Source: a virus
Lineage: Duplodnaviria > Caudoviricetes
Strand: one strand, 5' to 3'
Virus record (IMG/VR): IMGVR_UViG_3300031867_000009
Span: 1 to 64,000 of that record
Length of the DNA stretch: 64,000 nt
Below are positions 40,615 through 49,602 of the stretch, piece after piece. Under the pieces are notes generated by a model, which did not search any database, was not told the DNA's origin, and saw only the letters and a program-made list of their open reading frames with translations. Numbering within the stretch: position 1 is the stretch's first letter; each line of letters opens with the position of its first letter. A program made the translations under genes and the position numbers.

Positions 40615-40866
40615 TTACTCCTCGTCCTCGCTTGGAACAAAAGTTTTACCTGCATCTGTCAGAACTACGTATGTGATTGGCTTCTCTGCGCCTTCAACCT
40701 CAACCTTTTCTCTTGCTGCGAGACCCTTCTTTGTGAGGTCAGTTACGTTAGCGCCTACCGAACGCTCTGTTCTGTCAAGTGCCTGTGCAAGCTCAGGAAT
40801 GGAAACCTTTCCGCCATTAGCCTTTACATACTCAAATACTTCATTACTCTTCTCTGTAAGCTTCAT
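40615..40866 (-). CDS. Winged-helix DNA-binding protein
   Basis: ELAQALD...VGANVTDL.KKGL...LTDAG wHTH pattern. Confidence 0.7.
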   Translation of the reverse strand: MKLTEKSNEVFEYVKANGGKVSIPELAQALDRTERSVGANVTDLTKKGLAAREKVEVEGAEKPITYVVLTDAGKTFVPSEDEE

Positions 40867-40943
40867 AATTTTGTTTTCTCCTTGTTTAAATAAATTTTTA
40901 AATGATTTGTTTTCGCGAAAGTTATCCTTAACTTTCTATAAAT

Positions 40944-40972
40944 ATTATACTAAAATTTTTAATAAAACTCAA
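40944..40972 (-). promoter_or_regulatory. Sigma-A-type promoter
   Basis: TTGAGT-17 nt-TATAAT. Confidence 0.65.
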
Positions 40973-40987
40973 ATTTTAACTCTCTGA

Positions 40988-43339
40988 CTACACAACTAAT
41001 AGTCCAATTACTTTTGCATTAGACAGTTTCATTGATTTAGTTCCTTGAGCACCCTTTGAAAGTAGATTTACTTCATTTAAATTGATTTTAATTTGTGCAT
41101 TTGAGGATACTACAATCGTTTCCTGCTCATTAGTAATTGGAGCAAATGAGATTAGTTTATCGTCTGCATCTTTGAGTGAGTGGATTTTGCTTCCTTTAGT
41201 TGCCCTTCCGGTAACTGAGAAATCTTTAGCGGTTGTTCGTTTAATATATCCTTTTTCACTTACGCTTAAATATTCTTTTGTATCAGCTGGAATAGCCTTT
41301 GCAGATACAAGAGAATCACCATCATTAAGGGTAATACCCTTAACTCCCCTTGCTATGCGGCCGATTGGTCGCACATCCTTTGTTTCACACACTACGAACT
41401 GGCCGCGCGCAGTCATCATACCGACTCGTTCTTCATTCACAAAAAGAATTGACACAATTTCATCGTCATTATCTAAGTTTAGAGCCTTAACACCAACTTT
41501 ACGTTTGATGTTATACTCTGAAAGCCTACTTTTCTTTAAAATACCTTTTTTCGTGAAAAAGATTATGTGTTCTTTTTGTTTCTTTTTGTTGAGGAAAACA
41601 AGTTCTTCAATTTTTTCTTGCGCTTGGACTTCAACTATACTTTCAATTGGAACTACCTGTTCGAATGGTAGTTCGGAAGGAGTTATGTGGTAGCAGTTTC
41701 CACGATTGGAGAATAGAAGAACTGTATCGAGATTTGTTCCCGATGCGGTTGCGATTACGTATTCTCCTTTACTCATTTTGAACTTATTACCTACACCGCC
41801 GCGCCTCTGCGTATAGAGAGTTGAGGTGGTTGTTATGTAGATGTTGTTCTGATTGGACAGATTGATGAGGAGTTCCTGCTTTTCAGTAGGCTCTTCATCG
41901 TCCTTTGAGATGTTTAGAATTTGAGTGCGGCGGGCATCACCGAACTTGTCTGCGACTTCTCGCCACCCTTTAATGAGTTGAGCATTAAACTCACTTTCAT
42001 TGTTAATTATATTATAAATGAAATCTCTTTCTTTTTCAAGTTTTGTCTTTTCAGATTTCAGTTTTTCAACTTCAAGGTGAGCAAGACGAGAGAGCTTCAT
42101 ATCTAATATCGCTTTTGTCTGGACTTCATCGAGGTTATACGTCGACATAAGACGCTCGCGCGCCACTGCGGTGGATTCGGATGATTTGATAAGGCGAACG
42201 ACATTATCAATGTCTTCGATTACTTTGAGAAGTCCTTCAATTATGTGGAGTCTATCTTCAATTTTCTTTAAATCAAATTGGAATCCACGCATATATACCT
42301 CTTTTTCGTGGTCGATATGTGCTTGAAGCATTTCTTTCCATGTGAATACTCTTGGAAAGCGACCGTTATCAAGCATTGTAAAGTTAATTGAATAATGAGA
42401 TTGGAGTGAAGTATTTTTATAGAGATATTTTAATACCTTGTTTGGGTTCGCGCGCTTCGTCAGATAGATTTTGATTAGAGGGGTTTTACCAGTAAGGTCA
42501 TTGAATCTATCTACTCCTGGATTTTCTTCTCCATTGATTATATCTTCCAACTCGCCGCAGATTGTGTTGGTATAAACTGAATATGGTATTTCGGTGACCA
42601 CAAAGCAGTTCTCTTTCTTGTCATAATCTACGACGCTACGAAGCTTACAAGCAAAGCCAGTTCCCTTCTTCATTGACTCTTTAACTTCGTCTTCATTAAG
42701 TAATACTGCGCCTGTTGCAAAGTCAGGTGCAATATATATGTCATCGAAACTACATTCTGGATTGAGAAGTAAGTGTTCGAGGGCTTGATTCATTTCTTTT
42801 AAATTATATTGAGGAATTGAGCAAGCCATACCAATTCCAATTCCCATGGCGCCATTACAAACATTGTAATATCCTTTCGTAGGAAGAACAGCCGGATATT
42901 GTTTCGTATTGTCATAACTATCTCTCCATTCATCAATTGTATCTTTATTTATATCAGTAAAAAGCACATTTGATATTTTGGAAAGTCGGCTTTCCGTATA
43001 ACGCATTGCAGCCCAGTTGCCAGATTCGATAAGTGAACCAGCATTACCCTTAACGTCGATGAGTGGATACCTCATCGCAAAAGGTTGACCCGCGCGCATT
43101 ATAACGCCTTCGCATGAGCTGTCGCCATGGATGTAAAAATCTGCCATTGCCATACCAACAGCATTAGCAGTTTTCTTATATGGTTTGTCGTGGGTTAGTT
43201 TATTGAGAAGCATAGAGTAGAAGATTTGACGAGCAGATGGTTTAAGACCATCGCGAACGTCTATGAGTGCTCTGTTCTGTAAAACCGCGCCACTGTATTG
43301 TATAAAACTATCTTCAATAATTGGTTGTAAGTTGCTCAT
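40988..43339 (-). CDS. gyrA: Type IIA topoisomerase subunit A (gyrase-like)
   Basis: RDGLKP, HGDSS, AAMRYTE catalytic Tyr, PDFATG, QRRGGVG GyrA-box-like motif, C-terminal pinwheel repeats. Confidence 0.92.
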   Translation of the reverse strand: MSNLQPIIEDSFIQYSGAVLQNRALIDVRDGLKPSARQIFYSMLLNKLTHDKPYKKTANAVGMAMADFYIHGDSSCEGVIMRAGQPFAMRYPLIDVKGNAGSLIESGNWAAMRYTESRLSKISNVLFTDINKDTIDEWRDSYDNTKQYPAVLPTKGYYNVCNGAMGIGIGMACSIPQYNLKEMNQALEHLLLNPECSFDDIYIAPDFATGAVLLNEDEVKESMKKGTGFACKLRSVVDYDKKENCFVVTEIPYSVYTNTICGELEDIINGEENPGVDRFNDLTGKTPLIKIYLTKRANPNKVLKYLYKNTSLQSHYSINFTMLDNGRFPRVFTWKEMLQAHIDHEKEVYMRGFQFDLKKIEDRLHIIEGLLKVIEDIDNVVRLIKSSESTAVARERLMSTYNLDEVQTKAILDMKLSRLAHLEVEKLKSEKTKLEKERDFIYNIINNESEFNAQLIKGWREVADKFGDARRTQILNISKDDEEPTEKQELLINLSNQNNIYITTTSTLYTQRRGGVGNKFKMSKGEYVIATASGTNLDTVLLFSNRGNCYHITPSELPFEQVVPIESIVEVQAQEKIEELVFLNKKKQKEHIIFFTKKGILKKSRLSEYNIKRKVGVKALNLDNDDEIVSILFVNEERVGMMTARGQFVVCETKDVRPIGRIARGVKGITLNDGDSLVSAKAIPADTKEYLSVSEKGYIKRTTAKDFSVTGRATKGSKIHSLKDADDKLISFAPITNEQETIVVSSNAQIKINLNEVNLLSKGAQGTKSMKLSNAKVIGLLVV

Positions 43340-43535
43340 CTGTTTCCTCTATGTTAAAATTATACCAGTTTTTTATATTGTCTTCTACACTACCTATTTT
43401 TTCTTCAAAAAAGGGTGCTAAAATACGTATTCGTGTTAGCCAACTATTAAATAATAAGGCTTCTTCTTGAGACATTTCTTTTGTATATTTCATGTAGAAA
43501 TCATTTACATAATCGTAATAATCGGTCTTTGTCAT
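43314..43535 (-). CDS. Hypothetical protein between gyrB and gyrA
   Basis: 73-aa AT-rich ORF overlapping both neighbours. Confidence 0.55.
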   Translation of the reverse strand: MTKTDYYDYVNDFYMKYTKEMSQEEALLFNSWLTRIRILAPFFEEKIGSVEDNIKNWYNFNIEETDEQLTTNY

Positions 43536-45394
43536 TCTCTCACCTTACTAAAATCAACTTTCTTCATTATAAAATTTCTTCTTGGTTCTACGTCTTCACT
43601 CATTAAATCATAAAGTAAATCAATTGCTCTATCATTCCATTCCATTACATCAATACGCTGATATTCTTGCGTAAACATTGAGGCTCGCGCGGTCTCTGCG
43701 GGAAGCTCACCAAGTCCTTTGGCACGAGTGACTTCACCTTTAACCTTATTTCTCACTTTATTAAACTCATCATCGGTAAAATAATATGATTCTTTACCTT
43801 TGTTTTCAACGATGTAAAGTGGAGAGCGAAGCCAACAAAGTCTGTCTTCTTTAATGAACTCCGGCGCGAGATATTGTAGTGCTGCCATTATAAGCAGACC
43901 TATGTGCGCGCCGTCGCTATCGGCATCGGTGCAGATTGCGAGACGTCCATAGCGTAGTTTGGAAGGATTATATTTACCTGGAACGATATTCATGGCTGAA
44001 AGAAGAAGTTTGATTTCTTCATTATTGAAGATTTTTTCTTCTGGATTGGAAAGACAGTTGATAATCTTTCCTCTGATAGCTAGTATTCCATATTTGGTAT
44101 AATCTCTTGCCTGAGCCATACCACCCATAGCACTGTTTCCTTCTACCACAAGAAGTGTTGCGTTTGGTCCGAGGAACTCTGCATCTTTAAGTTTATCAGA
44201 AGCAAATACCTTTTTCTTTTGGTTCTTTTCAATTTCCTTCGATGCTTCAAGAACCTGCTTACGTGCCTTTTCTGCGGCACGCTCTGCTTTGAGTTCTTTT
44301 GTGAGCAAATCAATTATTGAATCAAACTCGCCTGGATAGCGTCTGCTAAAATCATCAAGCATCTGTGTAGTGCATCTCTGCGCGAGTCCGCGAAGTTCTG
44401 GGTTTGTAATCTTATTCTTGGTTTGGCCGTCGTATATTGGATTCTTTAAATTAACTGAACAAATATATACTAACCCTGCGCGCACTACATCACCAGAACC
44501 TAAATCTTTAACTTTCTTTTTGAAGAAATTAGTAAGTGCAGTTTTAATACCTGTTATTGGAGTGCCGCCATTCTCGTTTTCACCACCGTTTGAAAAAAGA
44601 TAAAATTTTTCTCTACCGGTAGTCCAATTAAGTATGATTTCTATATCAATATCATCTTCAGTAGTTTGTATATGAATTGGATGCTTGTGAATTCGTTTAG
44701 GAACCTTCGTATCGGCAAAATCCATAAGTCCATTTTTGCTGATATAACTTTTCTTTTCTTTTGTTTCTGCATTAGAAACAATAAACTCAACACCCCTATT
44801 GAAATATGAATACTCTTCTATTATACTACAAATCTCATTGAAGTCAAAATGTATTGGTTCAGCATTAAAAACTTCTTGACTTGGCTTATAAACAATATAT
44901 GTTCCATTTGGACATCCAAGTGGTAATGGTTTTTGTTGGCATTTATTCCATTTTGGAACGCCCTGATAAAATTCCATATACCATTCAGCATTATCACGAT
45001 AACTTGATATTTTAAACCAATCTGATGAACAACATGTCGCGGCACTGCCCGTTCCATTGAGTCCGCGGGATTTGCCACCATAAGCGTTGTCATCAAATTT
45101 TGCGCCCGAGTGGTTCTCGGTTAGAAGATTTATCATTACTTCATTAGAGAAGTCGTTTGGCCCATGCGGCATGCCACGTCCATAGTCGCGACAACTTGCC
45201 CAATCTGGACCAACTTCTATTTCAATTTTTGTCGCCGTAGGACATACCAATGCTTCATCGGTTGCGTTGTTTACCAATTCTAAAAGCCCCGCAATTACTC
45301 CCGTGTGGTCTGCGGAGCCAAGATAAATACCGATTCTTTTTCTAACACCCTCTCTAAATGTTAATTGTTCAACAGATTGAGCGTTATACTCCAT
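43532..45394 (-). CDS. gyrB: Type IIA topoisomerase subunit B
   Basis: VRKR.G.Y.G, ELVNNATDE, DYGRGMP, GLNGTG, VEGNSA, IRGK, DADSDG, RAKGLGE. Confidence 0.93.
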   Translation of the reverse strand: MEYNAQSVEQLTFREGVRKRIGIYLGSADHTGVIAGLLELVNNATDEALVCPTATKIEIEVGPDWASCRDYGRGMPHGPNDFSNEVMINLLTENHSGAKFDDNAYGGKSRGLNGTGSAATCCSSDWFKISSYRDNAEWYMEFYQGVPKWNKCQQKPLPLGCPNGTYIVYKPSQEVFNAEPIHFDFNEICSIIEEYSYFNRGVEFIVSNAETKEKKSYISKNGLMDFADTKVPKRIHKHPIHIQTTEDDIDIEIILNWTTGREKFYLFSNGGENENGGTPITGIKTALTNFFKKKVKDLGSGDVVRAGLVYICSVNLKNPIYDGQTKNKITNPELRGLAQRCTTQMLDDFSRRYPGEFDSIIDLLTKELKAERAAEKARKQVLEASKEIEKNQKKKVFASDKLKDAEFLGPNATLLVVEGNSAMGGMAQARDYTKYGILAIRGKIINCLSNPEEKIFNNEEIKLLLSAMNIVPGKYNPSKLRYGRLAICTDADSDGAHIGLLIMAALQYLAPEFIKEDRLCWLRSPLYIVENKGKESYYFTDDEFNKVRNKVKGEVTRAKGLGELPAETARASMFTQEYQRIDVMEWNDRAIDLLYDLMSEDVEPRRNFIMKKVDFSKVRE

Positions 45395-46115
45395 ATATTT
45401 TCTCCTTTAATTCTTCCCAAGTTATATTATGATTTTTTTTATAATACATTTTTTCTAAATGAATATTGTGTTCTTTACAATATTCTTCTTTTTGTTTATC
45501 GTGTTTAATTAAATCTTCTGAATAAAATCCATTTGATGGTTGTGTATGTTGTTCTCCTTGAAATTCTAAAAGACATAATAATTTATTGTTTTCAAATATT
45601 GCGAAGTCAAATCTTAATGCTAATTGGTCTTTTAAATCATCAAAAATGTATTCTTGCTGAAAAACAATATTATGTTCTTTTAATAGTTGAGCAATTTGAA
45701 ACTCGCCTTTTGACCGCATACAACCACAACTTGTAGTATCTCCATATGCTAAATACTGATGCTGAATTTCACAATAGTTTCCACAATCACATAAGCATTT
45801 ATATAATCTACTACGTTTTCCATTGGGGTGAGTAATAAAACCTACTTCTTCTAATACTGTAAGCTTACCAAAACGCTGTCCTACTAACGAACCAGCACGC
45901 TTCATATTTGACTCGGCCGCGCGTCTACGTTGATAACATCCGCATGATTTAGTATTGCCATTACGCAGACTTTTACCAAGCACATCAATTTCATTGCCAC
46001 AAGAACAACGACAATGCCACATTGCCCTACCGTTTTTAGTATTTTCTGCTCTATATAATATGGTTAATTCACCATATTGTTTTCCTGTTTCGTCTATAAA
46101 ATTATGATTTGGCAT
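45384..46115 (-). CDS. Putative free-standing homing endonuclease (2 CxCxCG repeats + PD-(D/E)xK/Vsr-like domain)
   Basis: Paralogue of 32215..33099 (DETGKQYG.LT, WHC.C.CG, SCGC, SKGE, RFDF, EFQGEQH). Confidence 0.7.
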   Translation of the reverse strand: MPNHNFIDETGKQYGELTILYRAENTKNGRAMWHCRCSCGNEIDVLGKSLRNGNTKSCGCYQRRRAAESNMKRAGSLVGQRFGKLTVLEEVGFITHPNGKRSRLYKCLCDCGNYCEIQHQYLAYGDTTSCGCMRSKGEFQIAQLLKEHNIVFQQEYIFDDLKDQLALRFDFAIFENNKLLCLLEFQGEQHTQPSNGFYSEDLIKHDKQKEEYCKEHNIHLEKMYYKKNHNITWEELKEKIYGV

Positions 46116-46178
46116 ATTAATCCTCCATTTATTTCCTTCTAATTATAAGTAGCAGGACTAAATGGATAGTCAATAGAT

Positions 46179-46463
46179 TTAGTCCGGTAAATCCTCTTTT
46201 TTAATTAGTATATCTTTGTCATATGCATTGATATGGACTTCAGTTACGTATGAATCTTCAATACATAATGACGATTCAATTTCTGCTTCGGACGACATTG
46301 TAAATGTAACATTTTGTCCGCAATAGTTTTCAATTGTAATTTTAATTGGATTTTCTTCCATAGTCAAATTTTCCTTATAATTAATTTGTATAGATTGCAA
46401 CATTAATTTAAAACATATATATAAGAATATGCTTAATATTGATATTGAAATAATTTCTTTCAT
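46179..46463 (-). CDS. Hypothetical protein
   Basis: 94-aa ORF in small-gene cluster. Confidence 0.45.
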   Translation of the reverse strand: MKEIISISILSIFLYICFKLMLQSIQINYKENLTMEENPIKITIENYCGQNVTFTMSSEAEIESSLCIEDSYVTEVHINAYDKDILIKKEDLPD

Positions 46464-46465
46464 AG

Positions 46466-46741
46466 TTAAATTTTCTTTATTTTTAATAAAAGTTTATCAT
46501 CTGAAGAATAATATAGTGGTAATTGCATTGTCAATTTATAATTCATACATTCATAATATTTATATCTATCAATAAACGGTATATAATCTGGATATAACTC
46601 ATCAGCTGTAAGTTGAATATATCCATCTCTTGTTTTCGGTATTTCATACAACAGTGTTTCTCCATTAGAAAAAGTGCATTTAATTTCTGCTTTTTCTATG
46701 GTTGAAAATGTATTAATTACTTTGTCTTCTTTTATGTACAT
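46466..46741 (-). CDS. Hypothetical protein
   Basis: 91-aa ORF in small-gene cluster. Confidence 0.55.
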   Translation of the reverse strand: MYIKEDKVINTFSTIEKAEIKCTFSNGETLLYEIPKTRDGYIQLTADELYPDYIPFIDRYKYYECMNYKLTMQLPLYYSSDDKLLLKIKKI

Positions 46742-46917
46742 TTTTTATTTTCCTTTTTAACTGTTTTTTCCACTATACGTGCTACTATACATGGAGGGTC
46801 GTCCTCATGTGGAGGAACCGCTATATGAGTTTTCCAAAATTCTTCCATATATGTATCTATTTCTTCAAAATGATATTCATCATTTATATCTGTTTCAAAA
46901 TGGGGTATCTTCATCAA
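46732..46917 (-). CDS. Hypothetical protein
   Basis: 61-aa ORF with GGAG RBS, overlapping neighbours. Confidence 0.5.
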   Translation of the reverse strand: MMKIPHFETDINDEYHFEEIDTYMEEFWKTHIAVPPHEDDPPCIVARIVEKTVKKENKKCT

Positions 46918-47122
46918 TTAAATCTCCTGCAATTGAAGTTCGTATATTGACTGGCCCAAGTGATTCAATTGATACGTTTGGGGGCACATATTTATGCGCC
47001 GGCCGCCATCTCCATGCACCCGCAGACCAGACGAGGAAATAAGTCTGATGAAAAGTATCGTTATAATCAACCGCAAGGATTGTTTCGATGTTGCCGTTGT
47101 CAATTCGTTTTGCTTTGAACAT
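46895..47122 (-). CDS. Hypothetical protein
   Basis: 75-aa ORF, TAATG-coupled to the upstream gene. Confidence 0.6.
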   Translation of the reverse strand: MFKAKRIDNGNIETILAVDYNDTFHQTYFLVWSAGAWRWRPAHKYVPPNVSIESLGPVNIRTSIAGDLIDEDTPF

Positions 47123-47292
47123 TAGCCAATTACCTCAAATTCATCTACTCCTGGAATTAACGCACATCCACCCCATGAACCATGGATTTGTCCCATATCA
47201 TCAATAGAATAAACTTCTCCTACTTTGTCTGTATAGTCTGGCTCACCATCCATATAGATTATTCTAATTTTATCACATATTTTAACTTCCAT
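47122..47292 (-). CDS. DUF4314-like small protein (56 aa, not in ORF track)
   Basis: MEVKICDKIRIIYMDGEP...GEVYSIDDMGQIHGSWGGCALIPGVDEFEVIG, with AAGGAG RBS. Confidence 0.65.
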   Translation of the reverse strand: MEVKICDKIRIIYMDGEPDYTDKVGEVYSIDDMGQIHGSWGGCALIPGVDEFEVIG

Positions 47293-47322
47293 TTGTATAA
47301 ACTCCTTTCTTATTCTATTATA

Positions 47323-47351
47323 ATTATATCATATTTCAATGAAAAAAGCAA
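47323..47351 (-). promoter_or_regulatory. Sigma-A-type promoter (leftward)
   Basis: TTGCTT-17 nt-TATAAT, TG extended -10. Confidence 0.7.
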
Positions 47352-47391
47352 ATTTACATTTCTTTACGCACACTCGCGCGGGCGCTATGGA

Positions 47392-47420
47392 TTGACCGAA
47401 TAAAGCATCCATGATATAAT
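47392..47420 (+). promoter_or_regulatory. Sigma-A-type promoter (rightward)
   Basis: TTGACC-17 nt-TATAAT, TG extended -10. Confidence 0.7.
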
Positions 47421-47515
47421 TTTATGCTGGGCCGCGCTTCTACGTAGAGCGTAGACGAAAAAACTACTTATATAAGAGAATTAACAAACGTGGTTGACAA
47501 TTTAGGAGGATATAA

Positions 47516-48178
47516 ATGGATTTAAATGAATATATAAGACAGTCATATAAGCGTCCGAATAGAAAAGTTTTAGAGACGCTTGGAGCGAGTGAGGATTTGA
47601 TTGAGTATTTAATGGAGACACCGGGGAATACGAACTGGAATGTACTTAAAAAGTTAAATAATATAAACGATGATGATGATTGGACTATAATTAGACTAAA
47701 TACAATTGAGGTTGAAGAAGGCAATTATCAAATTTTTACCGATAATTTAGTTGATGTAAATAATTTTAAAACTTTATTAACTTTAGAGCATCCTATTATT
47801 CAGGTTAAATATTCAATACATTCTAGTTATATTGAGACAAGCTCAGAATTGGGTATAGGTACAATATTAGAAGATAAAAAATTTATGGGTGACTTATTCC
47901 TTGAATTAAATATTTATAAAATGTCTGAAGACTCTGAAATTGTGGCTTTTGCTTTGCCGGTAATAAATACAAGTGATTATATAGAAATTAAATATAAAAC
48001 AACAGATTCTTATCATATAATTAATTTTAGAGATTCTTGTTATATATATATGACTTCAGGTGAAAAATGGAGGATTCCTTCTATTCTTGAAGCCTCACTA
48101 ACGGATGGAATTAATGTATATGCTCCTGGTGATATTATTACAGTAAATTCAGATATGCATCTTAATACAGTAGAATAA
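47516..48178 (+). CDS. Hypothetical protein, lone + strand gene in the - strand block
   Basis: AGGAGG RBS, own promoter and terminator. Confidence 0.7.
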   Translation: MDLNEYIRQSYKRPNRKVLETLGASEDLIEYLMETPGNTNWNVLKKLNNINDDDDWTIIRLNTIEVEEGNYQIFTDNLVDVNNFKTLLTLEHPIIQVKYSIHSSYIETSSELGIGTILEDKKFMGDLFLELNIYKMSEDSEIVAFALPVINTSDYIEIKYKTTDSYHIINFRDSCYIYMTSGEKWRIPSILEASLTDGINVYAPGDIITVNSDMHLNTVE

Positions 48179-48229
48179 ATTAAATAGGAATATAATATAA
48201 TTAATTTAATTAATTAAAATAGCCAATTT

Positions 48230-48256
48230 AAAAGACGGGATTAACCCGTCTTTTTT
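48230..48256. terminator. Bidirectional terminator
   Basis: AAAAGACGGG-ATTAA-CCCGTCTTTTTT between convergent genes. Confidence 0.85.
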
Positions 48257-48261
48257 ATTGT

Positions 48262-48474
48262 CTATTCATGTTCAAAAGTTATTCTTTCAATTGTAAATCC
48301 ATCATCATTTAATAATACAACTGAATGTTTTTCTACGTTTGAAATTGCTGCGGCTGCAGCGACAGTATAAAATTTATGTTGTGCATCTTGTAAAGTTTCA
48401 TGAGCACTTACAATATTACCCATTTGATTTCCATTTCTTTGTAATTCTACAACAATAAATAATTGATTATCCAT
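48262..48474 (-). CDS. Hypothetical protein
   Basis: 70-aa ORF with GGAGG RBS. Confidence 0.65.
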   Translation of the reverse strand: MDNQLFIVVELQRNGNQMGNIVSAHETLQDAQHKFYTVAAAAAISNVEKHSVVLLNDDGFTIERITFEHE

Positions 48475-48484
48475 TTAAATCCTC

Positions 48485-49558
48485 CTACTCCCAGTTAACC
48501 ACTCTACTTTTCTTTTTCTTCTTTGGTGGTGTTTTTGCCCATATAAGAAAGTCTTTCGCGCGAGTAGCTGATACATAGCACAGCCGCGCTTCATCATCAT
48601 TATATGCTCTTATATTATATGAAAGAATATAAGGTGCTTCCATTCCTTTTGCAGAATGGACAGTTAAGATTTTAACTGTATTTTCTTTCAATCTATCCTG
48701 TATCTGTGCATTAGTCAATTCCGATTGTTTAAATGTATCTGTTGGAATACCCTTAGCTGCAAATAATTGTTGAAATAAAGCTATATCACTATTTGTCCTA
48801 CATAATACAAACCAATCTCCCCATTGTGTATGAAGTCGGTCTGCCGCGAGCATAAGTGAAGCAACTGCTTCAGAAGGTGTATAAGTTCCTTCTAATACGT
48901 GCGGCTTGCCATCGGTTTTCCTCATAGGAATTGAGTCATCATCATAATCTGGACCAAGTCGGTAAAGAAATTTTTTCGCAAAATTAAGTATGTCTGGTAG
49001 ATTGCGGAAGTTCTGCCTCATTTGGTAGACAGATACATCATTTTGATACCATAGGTTAATAAGGTATTCTGGATAAGAGCCATTGAATCCATAAATTGAT
49101 TGTTTAATGTCTCCTACATACATGAAGTTTGTTGGATTGATGAGTTCAAAGAATTCAAATTGATCCATTGTTGAATCTTGTGCTTCATCAAGTAGTAGGT
49201 GTTCTACATGCTTAATACACTCTGGATTCTTTTTAATCTCCTCAAATAAGTCATCAAACCTTTCTTCATTTAAAATCTTAGTAGTGTCTACTGCACCACC
49301 GCGTAAAAGATAATTGCAATAAGAATGAACTGTTCCAATGAATAATCCATTTGGATAACCTAACCTCTCATACATAACTGATGCTGCATTGTTCGTGAAA
49401 GTAATAGCTACAATCTCTGATGGGTCTACACCTTGTTCAAGTAAATAGCGTATCCTCTCTACAATTACCGCACTTTTACCACTTGCCGCGCTACTTAATA
49501 CAAGCACCTTTGGTTTGTCTGTTGTAATAATTTGTTTTTGCATTTCTGTGAATTGCAT
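48485..49558 (-). CDS. Minimal UvrD/Rep-like SF1 helicase
   Basis: AASGKS, AITFTNNAA, GTVHS, LDEAQD, VGDIKQSIYGF, QNFR, LCRTN, TVHSAKGME, YVSATRAK. Confidence 0.88.
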   Translation of the reverse strand: MQFTEMQKQIITTDKPKVLVLSSAASGKSAVIVERIRYLLEQGVDPSEIVAITFTNNAASVMYERLGYPNGLFIGTVHSYCNYLLRGGAVDTTKILNEERFDDLFEEIKKNPECIKHVEHLLLDEAQDSTMDQFEFFELINPTNFMYVGDIKQSIYGFNGSYPEYLINLWYQNDVSVYQMRQNFRNLPDILNFAKKFLYRLGPDYDDDSIPMRKTDGKPHVLEGTYTPSEAVASLMLAADRLHTQWGDWFVLCRTNSDIALFQQLFAAKGIPTDTFKQSELTNAQIQDRLKENTVKILTVHSAKGMEAPYILSYNIRAYNDDEARLCYVSATRAKDFLIWAKTPPKKKKKSRVVNWE

Positions 49559-49602
49559 TTTTGCCTCCTTACCCTGTCGGGCCTTGCTGTCGCAAGATTA
49601 TT

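Noticed and set aside
23968-45394. Introns or inteins in nrdD, the dnaE body, dnaB and gyrA/B
   Set aside because: The ORFs are continuous, of normal length and lack intein termini. The endonuclease genes lie between genes, not within them.
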